A stretch of DNA of 63,994 nucleotides, counting the filler, from Intoshia linei (taxonomy: Eukaryota > Animalia > Orthonectida): assembly GCA_001642005.1 (NCBI GenBank). It is 12 parts of 12 records of this genome, joined end to end, with 100 filler letters (N's around TTAATTAATTAA, not from the genome) between each part and the next. Parts side by side here need not be neighbours in the genome. Positions count along the whole stretch, not along the records: positions 10,804 to 26,984 come from LWCA01000883.1; positions 27,085 to 31,838 come from LWCA01001878.1; 10 more parts are not named here. One strand, 5' to 3'. The notes beneath the pieces are model-generated. The model searched no databases. It had not been told where the DNA came from and saw nothing but the letters and a program-made list of their open reading frames with translations. A program made the translations under genes and the position numbers. This document shows positions 13,168 through 27,419 of this stretch, in pieces (positions within the stretch are counted from its first letter, which is position 1; every line of letters starts with the position of its first letter).

Positions 13168-14786
13168 CTAAATGATTTAAAATTTTACTAATAAAGTATA
13201 TGACCAATATACATTGTATTTGTTTATTATATAAAATTGTATGAGCCATTCTCTGTCATAAATTAAAAAACAATAAATTTAAATTATGTGGTACCATATT
13301 TCTTTCTACGTTGTTTGTTAGTTTGATTCGTATATTTTCAGGATATCACAACATTATTATAGAAAATTTAATATTAAGGCTCTATTAAATAAATTTTGAT
13401 ATTATGACATAAACAAATAAAATATACTATATTAAATTATTAAAATACATTCTCAAAAGGCATCATAACTACGCCAATGTTGGCTAAAAAAGTAATAACA
13501 GTACATAGTAATATTCAGAAACTCTATCGAATCTGCGTAAAAATAATACCGTTAGAATTTACAACATGAGTCAATTATTAACATATGTTTTAATAATAAT
13601 AATTTGTTTTAATTAGAATTATATAATTATACTTATATTAATGTTAATTAAAGTGTTAATTAATTTGAACATAGAGGTGAAGCACCGTTTTGTGGTTTTA
13701 ATATACAATTCATTAATACCATAAATGTATAATGTAAATAATAAGTTCAATTCGTAACATTTTATTAACATTTTATGCAAATTTTGAATCGAATTTATAG
13801 TCTCATTACAAAATATATTTTTTTAAATTTTGGAAATATCTGTTAACTACGTTCTTAACGCACTATTCAATCTATTACAAAACCTGAATTAATTAAAAAT
13901 TCACAAGAATCATTCAAAAACATAGGTTATAATTTTATCATATTTTTTGCGCGTAATGCCATAACGGTTTTTAACGGTAAATATACGGTTTTAATATTTA
14001 CTTATATGTAAAATAGTGATAATAAACATGTTGCACGCTGTCATACGCGTATTTTAAGTCTATCTATCAGTGTAAGTCTTGGATATTATTTCCTGTAGCT
14101 CACTTAATATAATAATATAAAAAATATAATATTTATATTTCATTTGGTAGAGAATAGCTTATATATAAATATTTTAATTTTATACAAACCTTTCTTTCCT
14201 TAAATCCAATTTTTGTAACATGATTAGATGCCCAAATGTTACAACTAAGTGAAATTAATACAAATCGTTTTAATTAAATTATTTTAATGTGATATAAATA
14301 CATACCCATTATTATAACACGTGTAAATGGATAAACTCATTAATGAACCGATAGCATATTTTGAAATTCGCAATACATTTATTGGCATTTAAAAACTTTA
14401 TTAATTGTTAATATTTGTTTATCAACTCATTTCTTTGTATCAATTTTGTTACTAATGTAATGGTTCGTTTGTGATGGCATAAATTTCTATACAGTAGCTT
14501 AAAATAAAGATTTTTAGTTTACTAGTTTTTAATCAGTGAAACTTTTAACCTCGTTTTTGACACCTAGTTTCAAAAAGTTATCCAAAACACGAGTCCCATT
14601 AATTCTTACTTTAAAATACAAATTTGATAGAATGCAACAACCAGATAGTGAATTTTCTATTCGACCCTAAGCGCTTTTACACAAAATGTTTATTTTAGTT
14701 TTAATGCTAAAAATTTGAATAAAAAATTAAGAATAAGTTTACCAATTAACAAAAAATTTTTAAAAATGATTTTTATTAACAATTAA

Positions 14787-15612
14787 CCCTTTCACTGTCT
14801 AAATAAATTTTATGATTCTCACCACACGTCGACAATTTAATTTCAATTTATGCCATTTAAAATGATCTAATATGAGAATATCACTAATGTTACATTAATT
14901 TATAAATTTTTATTGCTCAAAATGAATGTGACATACAATAATATACAATAGTATTACGTCACGTAATTTACGTGTAATTTTGAATAAAAAATTTCAATTC
15001 AAATTGTTTTCTATATTTTACAACCTTATAAAAAAATGCAAACTATAGAAATATCCCATTAAAATATACAAGAATGGTACAAAGAAGTAAACACAAACTC
15101 TCCGTTTCAATTCACTGATAACTTTGGATTACAAAAGAGCAACCATAGAGAACCTGAAAATATATCCTATTGATATTTTTAATCAAATTATTGACGACAA
15201 AATCATAAATTTAATGTTCAACTCAGAACAAAAAAAACGACCACGGAATGTACACTTTGCAACGAAGCTCTTTGTCTACTTTGCTACGATCTAAAACATA
15301 AAAATCTATAGCCTATTTATCATATAATATATATATCATATATATAATATAAGTAAATCATTATAATTTTTTGAAGATCATTTATTTTATTCGATATCAT
15401 TAATAAATTTTGTTGAAAAAATTTCTAAAAACCCTCTATAAAGTTTTGCTAAAAAAATTTACTAAAAAATCCTCTATATAGTTTGGTTAAAAATAAAGTT
15501 TTAAGAGCATAAATAAAGTTTTACAAGATATTTACTGAGTACCACCGGTGGTTCTCAAACGTGTGAAGACAATCTACTGAGAACCACTGATAGTATTCAA
15601 ACAGTGAAAAGG
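14787..15612 (+). mobile_element. Non-autonomous piggyBac element
   Basis: TTAA-CCCTTTCACTGT ... ACAGTGAAAAGG-TTAA; cysteine-rich C-terminal remnant ECTLCNEALCLLCYDLKH at ~15245-15300. Confidence 0.9.
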
Positions 15613-15657
15613 TTAAGTAAATTTAAAAATAAATAAAAAGTTTAATTAAAAATACAA

Positions 15658-16269
15658 TCAGGAAATATGATTAATGTGATGAATTATTATATACTTTTGA
15701 CTATCTTTGAGGACATAAAAAATCTCGTTTTGATAAGTAATGTATTGAATATAGATATAAACTTCAACTATAAATGTCAAGAACATTTTTACTAAAAAGT
15801 TATATCTTATTAAAAAAATTTCAGTCAGAACATACAAGTAAACATAAATTTTTAAATAATGCGGAAAATATAAGTATAATCTTTTTATTTCGAACTGATA
15901 GCTTTTATTTTGATATTGAGAAAATCTAATAATAATTCCTAAGTATACGGAAAATGTTGCTACATATATAAGAGTTAGTATGGTAAATGCATAAAATTCG
16001 GTTACAAAAAAATTTGTACTCCAATCCAAAATTTCTATAATTGCAAATTTTAAAACTGGGTGTAGCAAGTTATTCATAATTGGGTTAAAAAAGCCAAACA
16101 GCAAAATCGTACTTGTTTTATCTTGAAAAGCATTGTTCAAATGACTTATTAATAATTCATATTTATATTCAAATAATTTTACTGATGTGAAGTGAGAATA
16201 CGTTTCAACGTTTGTGTTGTTGCATGCTGCAATTTTCAAACAGATAATTAAAAATACAACTGTTACCAT
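15658..16269 (-). CDS. Probable first exon of an unidentified membrane protein
   Basis: 203-aa ORF in very AT-rich DNA with signal-peptide-like N-terminus and several hydrophobic segments; no family recognised. Confidence 0.4.
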   Translation of the reverse strand: MVTVVFLIICLKIAACNNTNVETYSHFTSVKLFEYKYELLISHLNNAFQDKTSTILLFGFFNPIMNNLLHPVLKFAIIEILDWSTNFFVTEFYAFTILTLIYVATFSVYLGIIIRFSQYQNKSYQFEIKRLYLYFPHYLKIYVYLYVLTEIFLIRYNFLVKMFLTFIVEVYIYIQYITYQNEIFYVLKDSQKYIIIHHINHIS

Positions 16270-16684
16270 AATATATAATTATACATGTAAACTTTTATTA
16301 TCAAAACAAATAAATTAACTGTAAATAAAAAATTTAAATGATATTAGATTTAATGTAGTATGATACTATATAATACTACTTGCAATGTGTTTTCTTGAAT
16401 AAACAGTGTTATGTAACTTTAATGAGGGATCTGTTTCCACATACATTTATTTCAATTATTGTCTAGATGAGGCAATTCGCAACGTAGGGCCTGAGAAAAA
16501 TTTGAATAAATAATACTGTATAACATTTTTCGAAAAATTTTAAAAGAGCAAAACAAAATTTAGTTTATGGCTTAGATAACACTGTCAGGATTCGAATGAT
16601 GTTTGTGATTCTATCTGATTAGATCGTAATCTTGAGATATTTCATTTTTAAAGTGTATATATAAGAAAATTTATATAGTAATAG

Positions 16685-17010
16685 GCTGACGTTATGTACT
16701 ACGTACAAACAACACATTGTTCTGCAGAAAGCACAGTTTTATTCTACCAAAAAAATAAATTCATATTGAAAAGCTAACTTAAAAATCGTACTATTCACTA
16801 TTATCAATTCTTTAAAGGAGTGGTTTCCAAACTTGTTTCAGGTGAAACCGTCATATTACATTAGTTTTTACTTTAAAGTGAATTATTCCATCTTAATTTT
16901 GTTTTGTTAACATTTGTGTAAAGAATTTTAACAGTTTTTTTAGTAGAGTAAAAATGTGCCCTCGGTAGAGCTAGGCGATGTTTGTACGTCATACATAACA
17001 TTCAATCTAG
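16685..17010. mobile_element. Two Helitron 3'-end fragments in opposite orientation
   Basis: Minus copy ~16685-16925 and plus copy ~16950-17010 ending CTAG|T. Confidence 0.7.
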
Positions 17011-17224
17011 TATAATTATAAAATGAATCCATTTAATCTTGAATGTAAATATAAACGCAAAACAAATAGAAAATATACAATTGCATTATAAATTATAGTC
17101 AAACTCGTCAATAATGATTTTTTGACCAAATTTTTGTGGGTTTCTTTAAAGGGAAAATTTTTTCACCCAATTTTAAAAGATTTTGAAGATCATTTTGGAT
17201 TCAAATTTGGTAAGGTGTTTAAGG

Positions 17225-17868
17225 GAATTGCTATGCAATTTTTATATCTCAATTCTTGTTTTCAAAAAATTTTATTTAAAATTTAAATTAAAACTACAAC
17301 GAATTACTAACAATCTTACAACTTTGTTATTATTTTGATATTTATTAAAATCCTTTGCAATATTGGTTAAATTCACCTGAAATATGTTTATAAAGTGAAC
17401 TTTCCGTTAATTATTGATACATAATTGGCATTTTTAAGTATTTATTAAATTGGTACTGATATATACATCACATTGAAAATGACAAAATAGGTTTTTATAA
17501 TTTTATTTTTTCTGGTATTTATGCTATTTATGACAATTTTTAGGATTGGATTCTTTTTACTTTATTTTAATTATTATACACACATTCCGTGTTATAAACT
17601 AAAAATGGGATAACAATTGTTTTAAAATTCTTTACGTAAATGTTAACAAAAAAAATTAAGATGGAATAATTCATTTTAAAATAAAAATGTGATATGATGG
17701 TTCCACCTGAAACAAATTTGGAAACCACTCCTTTAAAGGGATTGATAATAGTGAATAGTACGATTTTTAAGTTAGCTTTTCAATATGAATTTATTTTTTG
17801 GTATAATAAAAATGTGCCTTCGACAGAGCTAGGCGTTGTTTGTACATAGTACATAACAGTCAAGCTAG
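17225..17868 (+). mobile_element. Non-autonomous Helitron, 3' half
   Basis: Ends TGTTTGTAC-ATA-GTACATAACA hairpin then GTCAAG-CTAG|T; internal sequence shared with ~43470-43824 and ~26300-26485. Confidence 0.8.
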
Positions 17869-17920
17869 TACATTATAAAAATAAAAAATTTATTATACAG
17901 AATGTACAAAATTTAATACC

Positions 17921-20900
17921 TAGAACATTGTCTATGTCTTGATCTTGATTTAGTGCTACTTCGATGTGATCTATTTTTAGAACGAGATTTATATTTACAA
18001 GATGAGGAACTAGAATCACTAGATAATTTTTTTGTTCGTGTTTTTCTGTCTTTAGTTCTAAAATGGTGTGAATCGTTACAGGGTTCATTCGTTTTCTTTT
18101 CAGTTTCTAAAAAATCGTGTTAATAAGTATTATCAACTGGGCACCACCCTGCCCATTTCTTGGGCCAATATAATTAAAAATTTATTTTTTCACAATTGAA
18201 TTGGTCATAATTAATGAAATTTATAATTGTCCTATAATAAAAAAATTTTGCACGTATAAATCAAATTTTGCTTACTAATCTATTCTTTACATAATTTTTT
18301 ATTTTAATTTCTGAAAATAACTGACTTGGAATTTTTGTTTTTGAAATTTCTGGGACTAATTTCTCAAAAAATGGTTACACATAAACAAATACATTTTTAG
18401 CAATTTTTACTTTTTATAAACAAGGATATAAACGTTATTGTGACATTTGAGAATCCAATTATTATTAAATTGAATAAAATCAAAACATTGCGATTCTACC
18501 AAAATAATCTGAAAAATACAACCTATGTAAGCAAAAATAAAAAATAATTTAATAAATAAATACCATTTCCAAATCCTTGAGATTTAAGCGAAAGAGCAAA
18601 TAATCGAGCCTTCATGAGTCTTTCCCTCTTTTTAGCATCACCAGTCAATTTGGGACTTTTAGCTAAAAAGCCGATTACGACAATTAAAAAAACTAAATTC
18701 TCGACACACACTTGTATCAATATTATCTCAATACCTATTAATGACAATGACAATGATCTAAAAGAATATATAAATATTAAACATCTAAAGATATTTAAAC
18801 ATGTAAATAAAAAATTGAAAAATCAATTCAAATAAGTTAATTCCGGATCTGTAATCGTGCATGATTAATCCAATTTCAAAAAGCTAGAAACTATACTAAA
18901 AAACTAGGTAAACTGAAATAGACAATGAATAAACAAATAGACAACTACCTATCACACCAGTGGGGGATTCTGTTCGTTTTATTTTAAACGATATAGGTTT
19001 TTTGTCATTTGTAGATATTAAATCAACTAGTTTGTTTTTATTATCTAATTCGTTTAAATCTGCGTTTTGTTTTATAGTGTCAGTGTCTGCACCTAAAATT
19101 ATTATAAAATCATTATTGTAAACAAAGTAAAATTTAAACTCTACAGCGCTTCATTTTGGGTCCGTACGGGCCCTGCGGAACACGGAAATTTTAAGACATT
19201 TTTGTATATTATTTTTATTAGAACATTATCAATTTAGGTCCGCCATATACGAATATTAGACAATCCCTGATTGAAAAATTAAAATATAATTACTTAAATT
19301 GCCACGTTTCTTTTTAAAGTTGATCATGAGTCGTTTAGAAGATTCGATTGATTCGTTAATATCTAAATTGATATTTTTATAAACAAAAACTCAAAACCAG
19401 TAAAATGTTGAGGTAATTTTGGACTATTTTCTTCTTCAGAATCTAAATAAATTCTTATCAATTGCCGATATTTATAAATGATGTTTCAGTAATTAAGAAA
19501 CTACCATCTGAATAGCAAATGCTGGTAATCAATTTTTGTTTTTGTTCATTTAGTAATTTTTCGCTATTAATAAATTTTTGTTTAGTTAACCAATAAAAGC
19601 AATGATTCACATCGTTTACATGTATAAAACTCAGTCGAGGTTCATTTTTAGATTTCAACAAATCTTCAAATGTATCTCCAATTCTTGAAACATATTTGGC
19701 TATTTTTTCAATTAATAAGCATGTTGCGGGAGGTGGCGAAACTGCATTGAATATGGGTAAACTACTGTAATACTAGAATACAGTTACAAATAAAAATACC
19801 TTGAACCTAAAGCTGTGTAATAAGCACTATATAACTCAAATGAATCGTCAGTCATGGTCTTGACTGTGTGGCACTTGTCGGCCAGTTCAGCCAATTCCTT
19901 TTCTAGTTTTATCTTTTTTCGTTCATTGTTTTGTTTTTCGATACGCAAATCATCTCTAATTCAATTTAAAAATAAATAAATGTCATGTTACTCTTTGATT
20001 TTCTCAGATAAATTGGAAACTAATTTACCATATACAGTTTTTGATAAATCCACATTATGTTTAAACATTTCAACCGATTTTAAAATGCTCTAAAATTTAA
20101 CTATAGTTCATCGAAAAATTATATTCCAATGTTTCACCGTAAACTTTCAAATTCAATTTAAATTTTAAAGTTATAAAAGCGCCATCAAACTGAATTGTCA
20201 CCAAAAAATATTCGACTCTGATATAATTAGATTGTCATAACACAGTTGAAATTGTGAGACCAGGCGTTTGTGGTGGACTTATACTTTGAATTCCAAAAGT
20301 CCAGTATTAATTTATTATTATAATTAACAGAGAATGTAAATGAAAAAATACTTGTTTTGGTTTTTTAGATATTAAACTAGGATGCAAATAACCGTCTGAA
20401 TCATCACTAGAGTCAGAATCTAAATAATTAATTATAACGTGAAAAAATGATTTTATCACATAATTTTTAAAAAAAATAACGTTTTTCATTTAAAGTAATG
20501 GAGTATTTGTTTTCTTTTATTAATTGAATTAACAATTTATAATATGGATATAAATCATTTGAAGAATCCATAAAATCAAAACTCGAGGTTTTTGATTGAC
20601 GAGTTTTTAACAAAATCTCCGATTGTGTTCCAGATTTAGATATATAATTTGCAGTTTTTTCGATTAAATAATGTTGGTTCATTGTTTGGGGCTATTTAAT
20701 AAATTTAAATAAAAATTAAATAAAAATTAAATAAAAATTAAATTAATAAGTTATTAGTAATAACAATGCAAAGTATAATGTCGCAAATGTTTGCATTCTA
20801 GGGTCTGGTGAGCAAAAAGTGGGATAACTACTGGAATCCTAGAATAAAGGTTATAATACAATCGGCATTCATGGTACGAATTTCATACAAAATTTGCGCA

Positions 20901-23900
20901 AGGCAAAAATTCAAGTATAAAGTCAGAATTTTAATTGAGTCGTGATAAAAAAGTAAAAAATGAATACAATAGACATTATGTTCTCTACAATTCATCCATA
21001 CTCCATATTGCCTTTACTTTTTTCGAAAAATTTTATTTATAGGACGACCAGGCAAGCAAAAATTATGTCAAACTGTAGTTCCTTTAATGATCTCAATTAT
21101 CTACGGAGCCTCTCGTTAGACAACACAGGAGAATACGATATTTGCAAATTTATAAAATTACTAGTATTATATTGTCTGGTAAGTTTAAATTTTTTGGTTT
21201 TAAATACTGTTTTTCTTCCGTTTTAATTGGCGATGCTTCTAAACACGTAGGTTCAATTATCCTAACAAAGAATATAAACAATACTCTAATAATAATATTT
21301 GGGTAGTTATAATTAAACACATAAATTCCAAGATATTCCAAGTTTTTCTCTACAATAGTTTAACACCAATTTCAATCTCAGAGTTTGGTTTATTATGCTT
21401 AGCAGGGATTGGAAATAATTGATTGCCATCAATTATTTTGTATAAACCAATTAATTGTTGGCTAAATATAAATTTTTCAATTAATTGATTTTTTCATATA
21501 ACTGAAAAAATATAAATTGAATCCTTTTATTGACGAATGATTGGATCAAAAAATCAATTAAATTTTTTTATGTAGTTCAAAAATTACATTATTAAGATGT
21601 CAAGTTGACACTGTCAACAATCGTTGTAGCATATCACAGTCCCACCATGCTTTATTTATTTCCAGAAACACTTTTATTTCAAAATTAGAAAAAAAAATAA
21701 AATAAATAATATGAAAATATGTTCTAAATACTATTTTGCAAATAAAATAGTTTGACACTGTATAAAAAAATCAACTTTTCATNACTTTTATTTCAAAATT
21801 AGAAAAAAAAATAAAATAAATAATATGAAAATATGTTCTAAATACTATTTTGCAAATAAAATATAATGCAACTAAAATAGTTTGACACTGTATAATAAAC
21901 TATTAATTAATTAAAATATTAACTTTTAATTATTCTGTCCAATTTTATAAAAAATAGAAACGAGTTTGTCACCAGAAAAATAATGTATTTAACCTACTAG
22001 GTTGACTTTTATGTACTTCAAACAAACAGCATCCTAGTATTCATTATAACTACATGACAGTTTTTTAAAAATAATTATGATATTGTTATCAATCTTCAAT
22101 TAATTGAAATTTTTTATTTTTCATAAAGCAATTAATTGGAAAATATTTTTTAAATAAACAATTAATTGATTATTTTTCAATAATTTTTACGCATTATCTG
22201 CAATCAAATAATTCCAATCCCTGATGCTTAGTATTGGATATTATTGAAAATATATATAAATAAAAAAAATATATTAAATTATATAGCGTTAACTAAAAAT
22301 AAGGTAACTATAAAATTTTTCATAAACCCCAAAAAACTGATGTGGACTCCGTTGAAAATAGCTATTCTAGAGCAGTAATTCTTAACGGTGGAAAATTCAA
22401 AATTCAAAAATTAATCCATTAAAAAATAAATTAATGATTCCGTGCGAAAAATTCATATGCTGAAGAATCAATAACAAAATTTTCGTCAAAAATATAATTC
22501 AAACTCTAAATATATATAAAAAGCAATTAGAATTCTGATACCTTTCTTATCAACGTACTTTAGGGCAGGGGTGGGGAACGGCGATCTTATCGACGATTTA
22601 GGGCGACCTTCACAAAAAATATGTCATATTTATTATATATTATTGAATTAATTTAAATTTTCAATTTGAAAATTTTAACTATCAAATTAGTAAATAGAAA
22701 TTTTAAATTCTATGACACTTTATCTTTACTTAAATAATATGCTACGCAATATGTGTTACCGTTTATTTTAATAACTACAAGTCTTATAATTTTATAAAGT
22801 CCACATTTCTATTAGTTTTTTCTGGGGTGTTGGCAAAATAAACTTCAACCTCCCAAACTCACATCTTCAAATTAACAAGTCAAAAACTCCAATTGTCCTT
22901 TTTTTTAAAAATCAGACCAGTTTGAGAATTAAAAAATATATACTCTGATACTGATTTTAAAATCATAACCATTATCATAAATTTAAATTAAAAAAAATCT
23001 TCAGGACCAAAACCACAAATTACCCTTTTTTTTAATGAAAATAGCCCTAGAATTTAAAAAAAAATTACAGGTTGTACAGTTGTATCCTGTTAACACACAC
23101 AATAAATTTCAATCTGACTAAGTGACGCCTTCAAGGTCAAAAAAGCATTTTTGTATTCATATATTTTTTTTCCAAAATATTTTATTAAAACAAAAAATGT
23201 GAAATAATTAACAGCCCGAAAATTAAAAAAAAAAAATTTCTGTTAGAGTTTATTCCATTTCATATAAATACCAAATTTGAACCCCAGAAATCTACACATT
23301 CCCGGTGAAGAATAATTTTTAATATATTATCAACCAATATTTTTCAAATATTTCGGAATTAACAAAAATAAATCTACTAAAAATTCTCATTAATCATGGT
23401 TGTAAATACCATTCTAATTTCTAATACCTAATGGGGTGTGTTAAAAATATAATAAATAAAAGGGGGGTTTAAAAAAAATTAGTTGATTTTGTCTACCGCT
23501 CCCTTTTTAGCAATTTATTTTTTTAAGGTCTCTTGAAAAAATATTCGACCATTAAAAATTTCATAAACCGTACTTCTAGTACGGCAACATTCTGGAACCG
23601 CTTCATATCCAACACATCATATAATAATAAAAAATACCCTCTTTTCCATTGACCATATCAGCTTCTTTATTTTCTTCATAATTATAAGAGAATTGAGCAT
23701 ATTTGTGTAATTTTTTAATTTCTAAAATAAAAAATTGAGTTGAATTTCGATTGGAAACCTATAATGGAAATGGATGGATTCAATATTTGTAGAAAAACTC
23801 CAAAAATAAAAATTTTGTAACACAAATACTCTAACAACTCAAAAAACGGACCCACCATAATTAAATCCTTTAAACAGCTTCATAATAACCTGAACAAGAT

Positions 23901-24440
23901 TCATCATCACTGCTTTGCTTTTCATATTCCAAATCTTTATACCTCTCACCATCGCAAATTTTTTCAATTTCCAATTCTTCAGCTGATAACTCAATAGAAT
24001 GATTTATATTACCATCAAAATCCTTCATATCCATCAATGTTCCACGGCAATCAAATCTAGTTAAAAAGATGACCACATTTAGTTGTCATAATATACATTA
24101 AACATTATACGAGAACCGATGCAAATTTAAAAATTTCTACTATTAACTGGATAAACCCATAACGCAGTTACTGAAAAAATATTTTCCCTAAGACCTGTTT
24201 CTAATGACTGGAATGAGAATTTAAATATTAACCAGTAGATTACTAAAAAGTCCTCGTGTCAAAACAAACCAAATAAAACAAAAACCTATCAATCATAAGT
24301 GACGCATCAGAAATGCACGGAATAAGTCTTTTATCCAAATCGACATATGTATGAATATCTTGAGAATTAAAAACTTTACACTGATAACCAAACACTAAAA
24401 GTGAGGAATAATCAACATGTTTGGACGATCTGTGCGTCAT
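17921..24440 (-). CDS. SFSWAP: Splicing factor suppressor of white-apricot homolog, multi-exon; last exon(s) probably near 16.5-16.6 kb
   Basis: DRY_EERY domain (LLVFGYQCKVF, LMIDRFDCRG, CDGERYKDL); two SURP domains (LIEKTANYIS...LYPYYK; PPPAT..IEKIAKYV); KKRERLMKARLF; RS-rich exon 17921-18107. Confidence 0.92.
21403..22223. mobile_element. hAT-type MITE in SFSWAP intron
   Basis: TIR CAGGGATTGGAA / TTCCAATCCCTG flanked by perfect 8-bp TSD ATGCTTAG (21395-21402, 22224-22231). Confidence 0.92.
22723..23360 (+). mobile_element. Non-autonomous Helitron, 5' half
   Basis: A|TCTTTACTTA start; internal blocks shared with 42679-43824. Confidence 0.75.
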
Positions 24441-25399
24441 TAAAATAAAATATTGCGTTGAATATGAATACTAAAATATTATTAGTTTCGTTTAGATTAC
24501 TCTAATCACAAGTAATTAAGATTTTTTGTCTCAAAATAAGAAATTACGAAATTACAATACATCGATAATACAAAATGATTAAAATAATTGTTCAATATAA
24601 TGTTAAGTTTATTGATATTTTGTATATTTAAGAGTATACATATAAAGTTAATTTGGACATGATTAATGATTATGAATGTAAAAATGAGGATTATATTGAT
24701 GAAAATGAGGTTAATTTATTTATTTAAGAGATTTATTCGTATAAATGTAAAATTTTTTAAAAATATGATAGATTAAAAAATTACATGGATTTTTAATTTA
24801 TTGTTTTTATTTTTTTGGGTGTTTTTAAATGATGTATAATTTGGACAATATTGTAGCATTTAATTCTGACATACAGAGTTGAACCTATCGTACCCGAGAA
24901 CCTTTTCGCGGGGTTCATTTTCAATAATTAGTATCTTTTAAAATATATTCTTAAATATCAACTATTTTGTATGTTAAATTAAAAATATAAGACAAATGTG
25001 TAGGAGAGGTAGCGAGGATAAATAGCCGTATATACGGTATATACCTCTATATGATATTACGCATTTTTTTGAAAATAATTTTTAGGAACAAATTTTTTAT
25101 TTTCGGTGACCTCGAGTTTGGGCAACTCTGCTGATATGAAACCAGTTTGGAGGAGTGGGTCGTAAATGTATTGACATTTATGTGAATTAAAACCTTCTTT
25201 AAATTTGAAAAAATAATAATCGAAATATAAGATGACCTAACAATTTAAAATATGATTAATTTATTAACAATATTGTGTAAATTATATAAGATTAAACTAG
25301 TATGTGGAAGAAGAACCAAAATTGAAATATATTCGAGTTTTGGGAAAAATTGAAAAGATTGTTAATACAGAATGTATATCGGTAGTTAAATTTTTCAAA

Positions 25400-26485
25400 G
25401 CGGTAATTTTTTTATTTTATTAAATCCTTTGTCTGTGTGTAACCATTTATTGAAAGAATTCAAAGTCGTAGGATTTAACAAAATCCAATTTCTAATATCA
25501 GTTTTCCCCAGGATGTGTTTATATTGATTTTTCAGAATTTGAGTCTTTCAGGGTAAAAAACCCAATTTTCTCTTGTTTAAAAAAAAAATCAGACCAAAAT
25601 CAACTCAAAAATTTAATAAAACATACAGTTTGGAACGCGTTATAAAAGCCTTAATATGGTTATTAATCTCAGCCTCAAAAACACATACCTTTATGGTTCA
25701 AACCACTAATTAAACTTTTTTTTAAAAATGAAACATGTCCTTAAATTTTTTTAAACATAAATTCTGGGATAGTTTTTAAAATCATAAACATCGTCATAAA
25801 TGGAAATCTCAAAAAAAATAATTTTTATGATCAAAATTCCACATTACCTTTTTTTTAAATGATTACAGCCCTAGAATATAAAAAATTTACAGATGGTACC
25901 AGTTGTATCCTGTTAGGACACACAAAAATTTTCAATCTGAATAAGTGACGCCTTCACGGTCAAAAAAGCATTTTAGTATTCATATATTTTTTTTCGAAAT
26001 ATTTTATTAAAACAAAAAATGTGAAATAATTAACGGTCTGAAAATTAAAAAAATAATATTATTCTGATAGAGCTTATTCGATTTGATATAAATACAAAAT
26101 TTCAATCCCAGAAGTCTGCATTCTCGGTGAAAAATAATTTTTAATATATTATCAACCAATATTTTTCAAATATTTCGAATTAAAATAAAAATAAAAATTC
26201 ATATATTGATTCTACAATTTCAAAAAAAATGTGCATTGAACGTCTACACATTTCCAATTGTGGGTGAAAATATATGTAATTCATTATTTAGCAATTATTT
26301 TCATTGCTACGCAATTTTTCAATATAAACTTAAATCTTTTCAATTTAAATTAAAATTACAATAACAAATTAGTAAAAGTAATACAACTGTATTATTATTT
26401 TTATATTTATTACAATCCTTTGCAATGTTTGTAAAATTCACCTGAAATATGTTTATACAGTGCTGATTTCGTTAATTATAGATAC
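25400..26485 (+). mobile_element. Helitron-family internal sequence
   Basis: CAGTTGTATCCTGTT, CTTCACGGTCAAAAAAGC and TCCCAGAA blocks shared with 23070-23360 and 43055-43640. Confidence 0.75.
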
Positions 26486-26984
26486 CAGGGCGGATTCAAG
26501 GGGTACAGAAGGTGCAGTTCCACCTTTAAATTTTTAAACAAAAAATTTTTAATTAATGTTTTGTAATTTAACTGAAAAAGATTTTAAATTTATATGGTTT
26601 GACAACACTCTTTTAGGGAAGAGATTTAGATATTGCAAGTACATACAAAGAGATTAACAATAAAAAAAGGAAATTGAAGAAATACGGGAAAACAATGATG
26701 GACATATTCATGAGTTGTATAAAGCTGCAAAAGAGTTTGCCTTCTCTTTAAATATTGAAGAAAAAAATCACGCTGTACAAAGAGACTAGCTAAAAGCAAA
26801 TATAGAGAGATCTGTCATTGAGAGTTTTTTAAAATAAACATTGCAATTCCTTTTTTCGATTCGATTTTAGCTGAAATCAACTTACGATTTTTCAGTGGTC
26901 AACAGATTTTTTTGAAAGGATTTTTCCTATATCCCACTTATTTCAAAACGAGTCATTTTGAAGATTGAAAGAATTCGCAGAAAA
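26486..26984 (+). mobile_element. hAT element end with transposase fragment
   Basis: CAGGGCGGATTCAAGGGG terminus; FFKINIAIPFFDSILAEINLRF segment. Confidence 0.65.
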
Positions 26985-27084
26985 NNNNNNNNNNNNNNNN
27001 NNNNNNNNNNNNNNNNNNNNNNNNNNNNTTAATTAATTAANNNNNNNNNNNNNNNNNNNNNNNNNNNNNNNNNNNNNNNNNNNN

Positions 27085-27419
27085 AACATTTAATGGACCT
27101 TAATTATGAGGTATTAGATCACCCACCATATTCTCCAGGCATTGCTCCTTTTGACTATCACCAAATTAGATCGATTAGTAACCATTACCATGGAAAAAAT
27201 ACGATTAAATTGAGCATTTAAAATCTGACATTGATAACTTTTTTGTTAAATAAAAGCCAGAGTTTTTTCAAAATGGAATTAAGAAGCTACCGGAACGTTG
27301 GAGAAGAATTGTTAAATGCAATGGAGAATATTTTGTAGAATAAAAGTGAATCAAAATTGTTATTATAGAAGATTTGATTATAGTTATAAAAACGACATTA
27401 CTTTGTGAATGACCTAATA
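27085..27419 (+). mobile_element. mariner 3' fragment with terminal inverted repeat
   Basis: EVLDHPPYSPGIAPFDYH, GIKKLPERWRRIV..NGEYF; end ACTTTGTGAATGACCTAATA; reverse copy of this end at 55261-55323. Confidence 0.9.

Noticed and set aside
13280-14480. Alternative genetic code suggested by in-frame stops in exon-like segments
   Set aside because: Conserved genes in the window read through long frames and end at TAA/TAG under the standard code; decay or unresolved introns is simpler
21668-21895. ~115-bp tandem duplication
   Set aside because: Copies are separated by a single N, typical of an unmerged contig overlap
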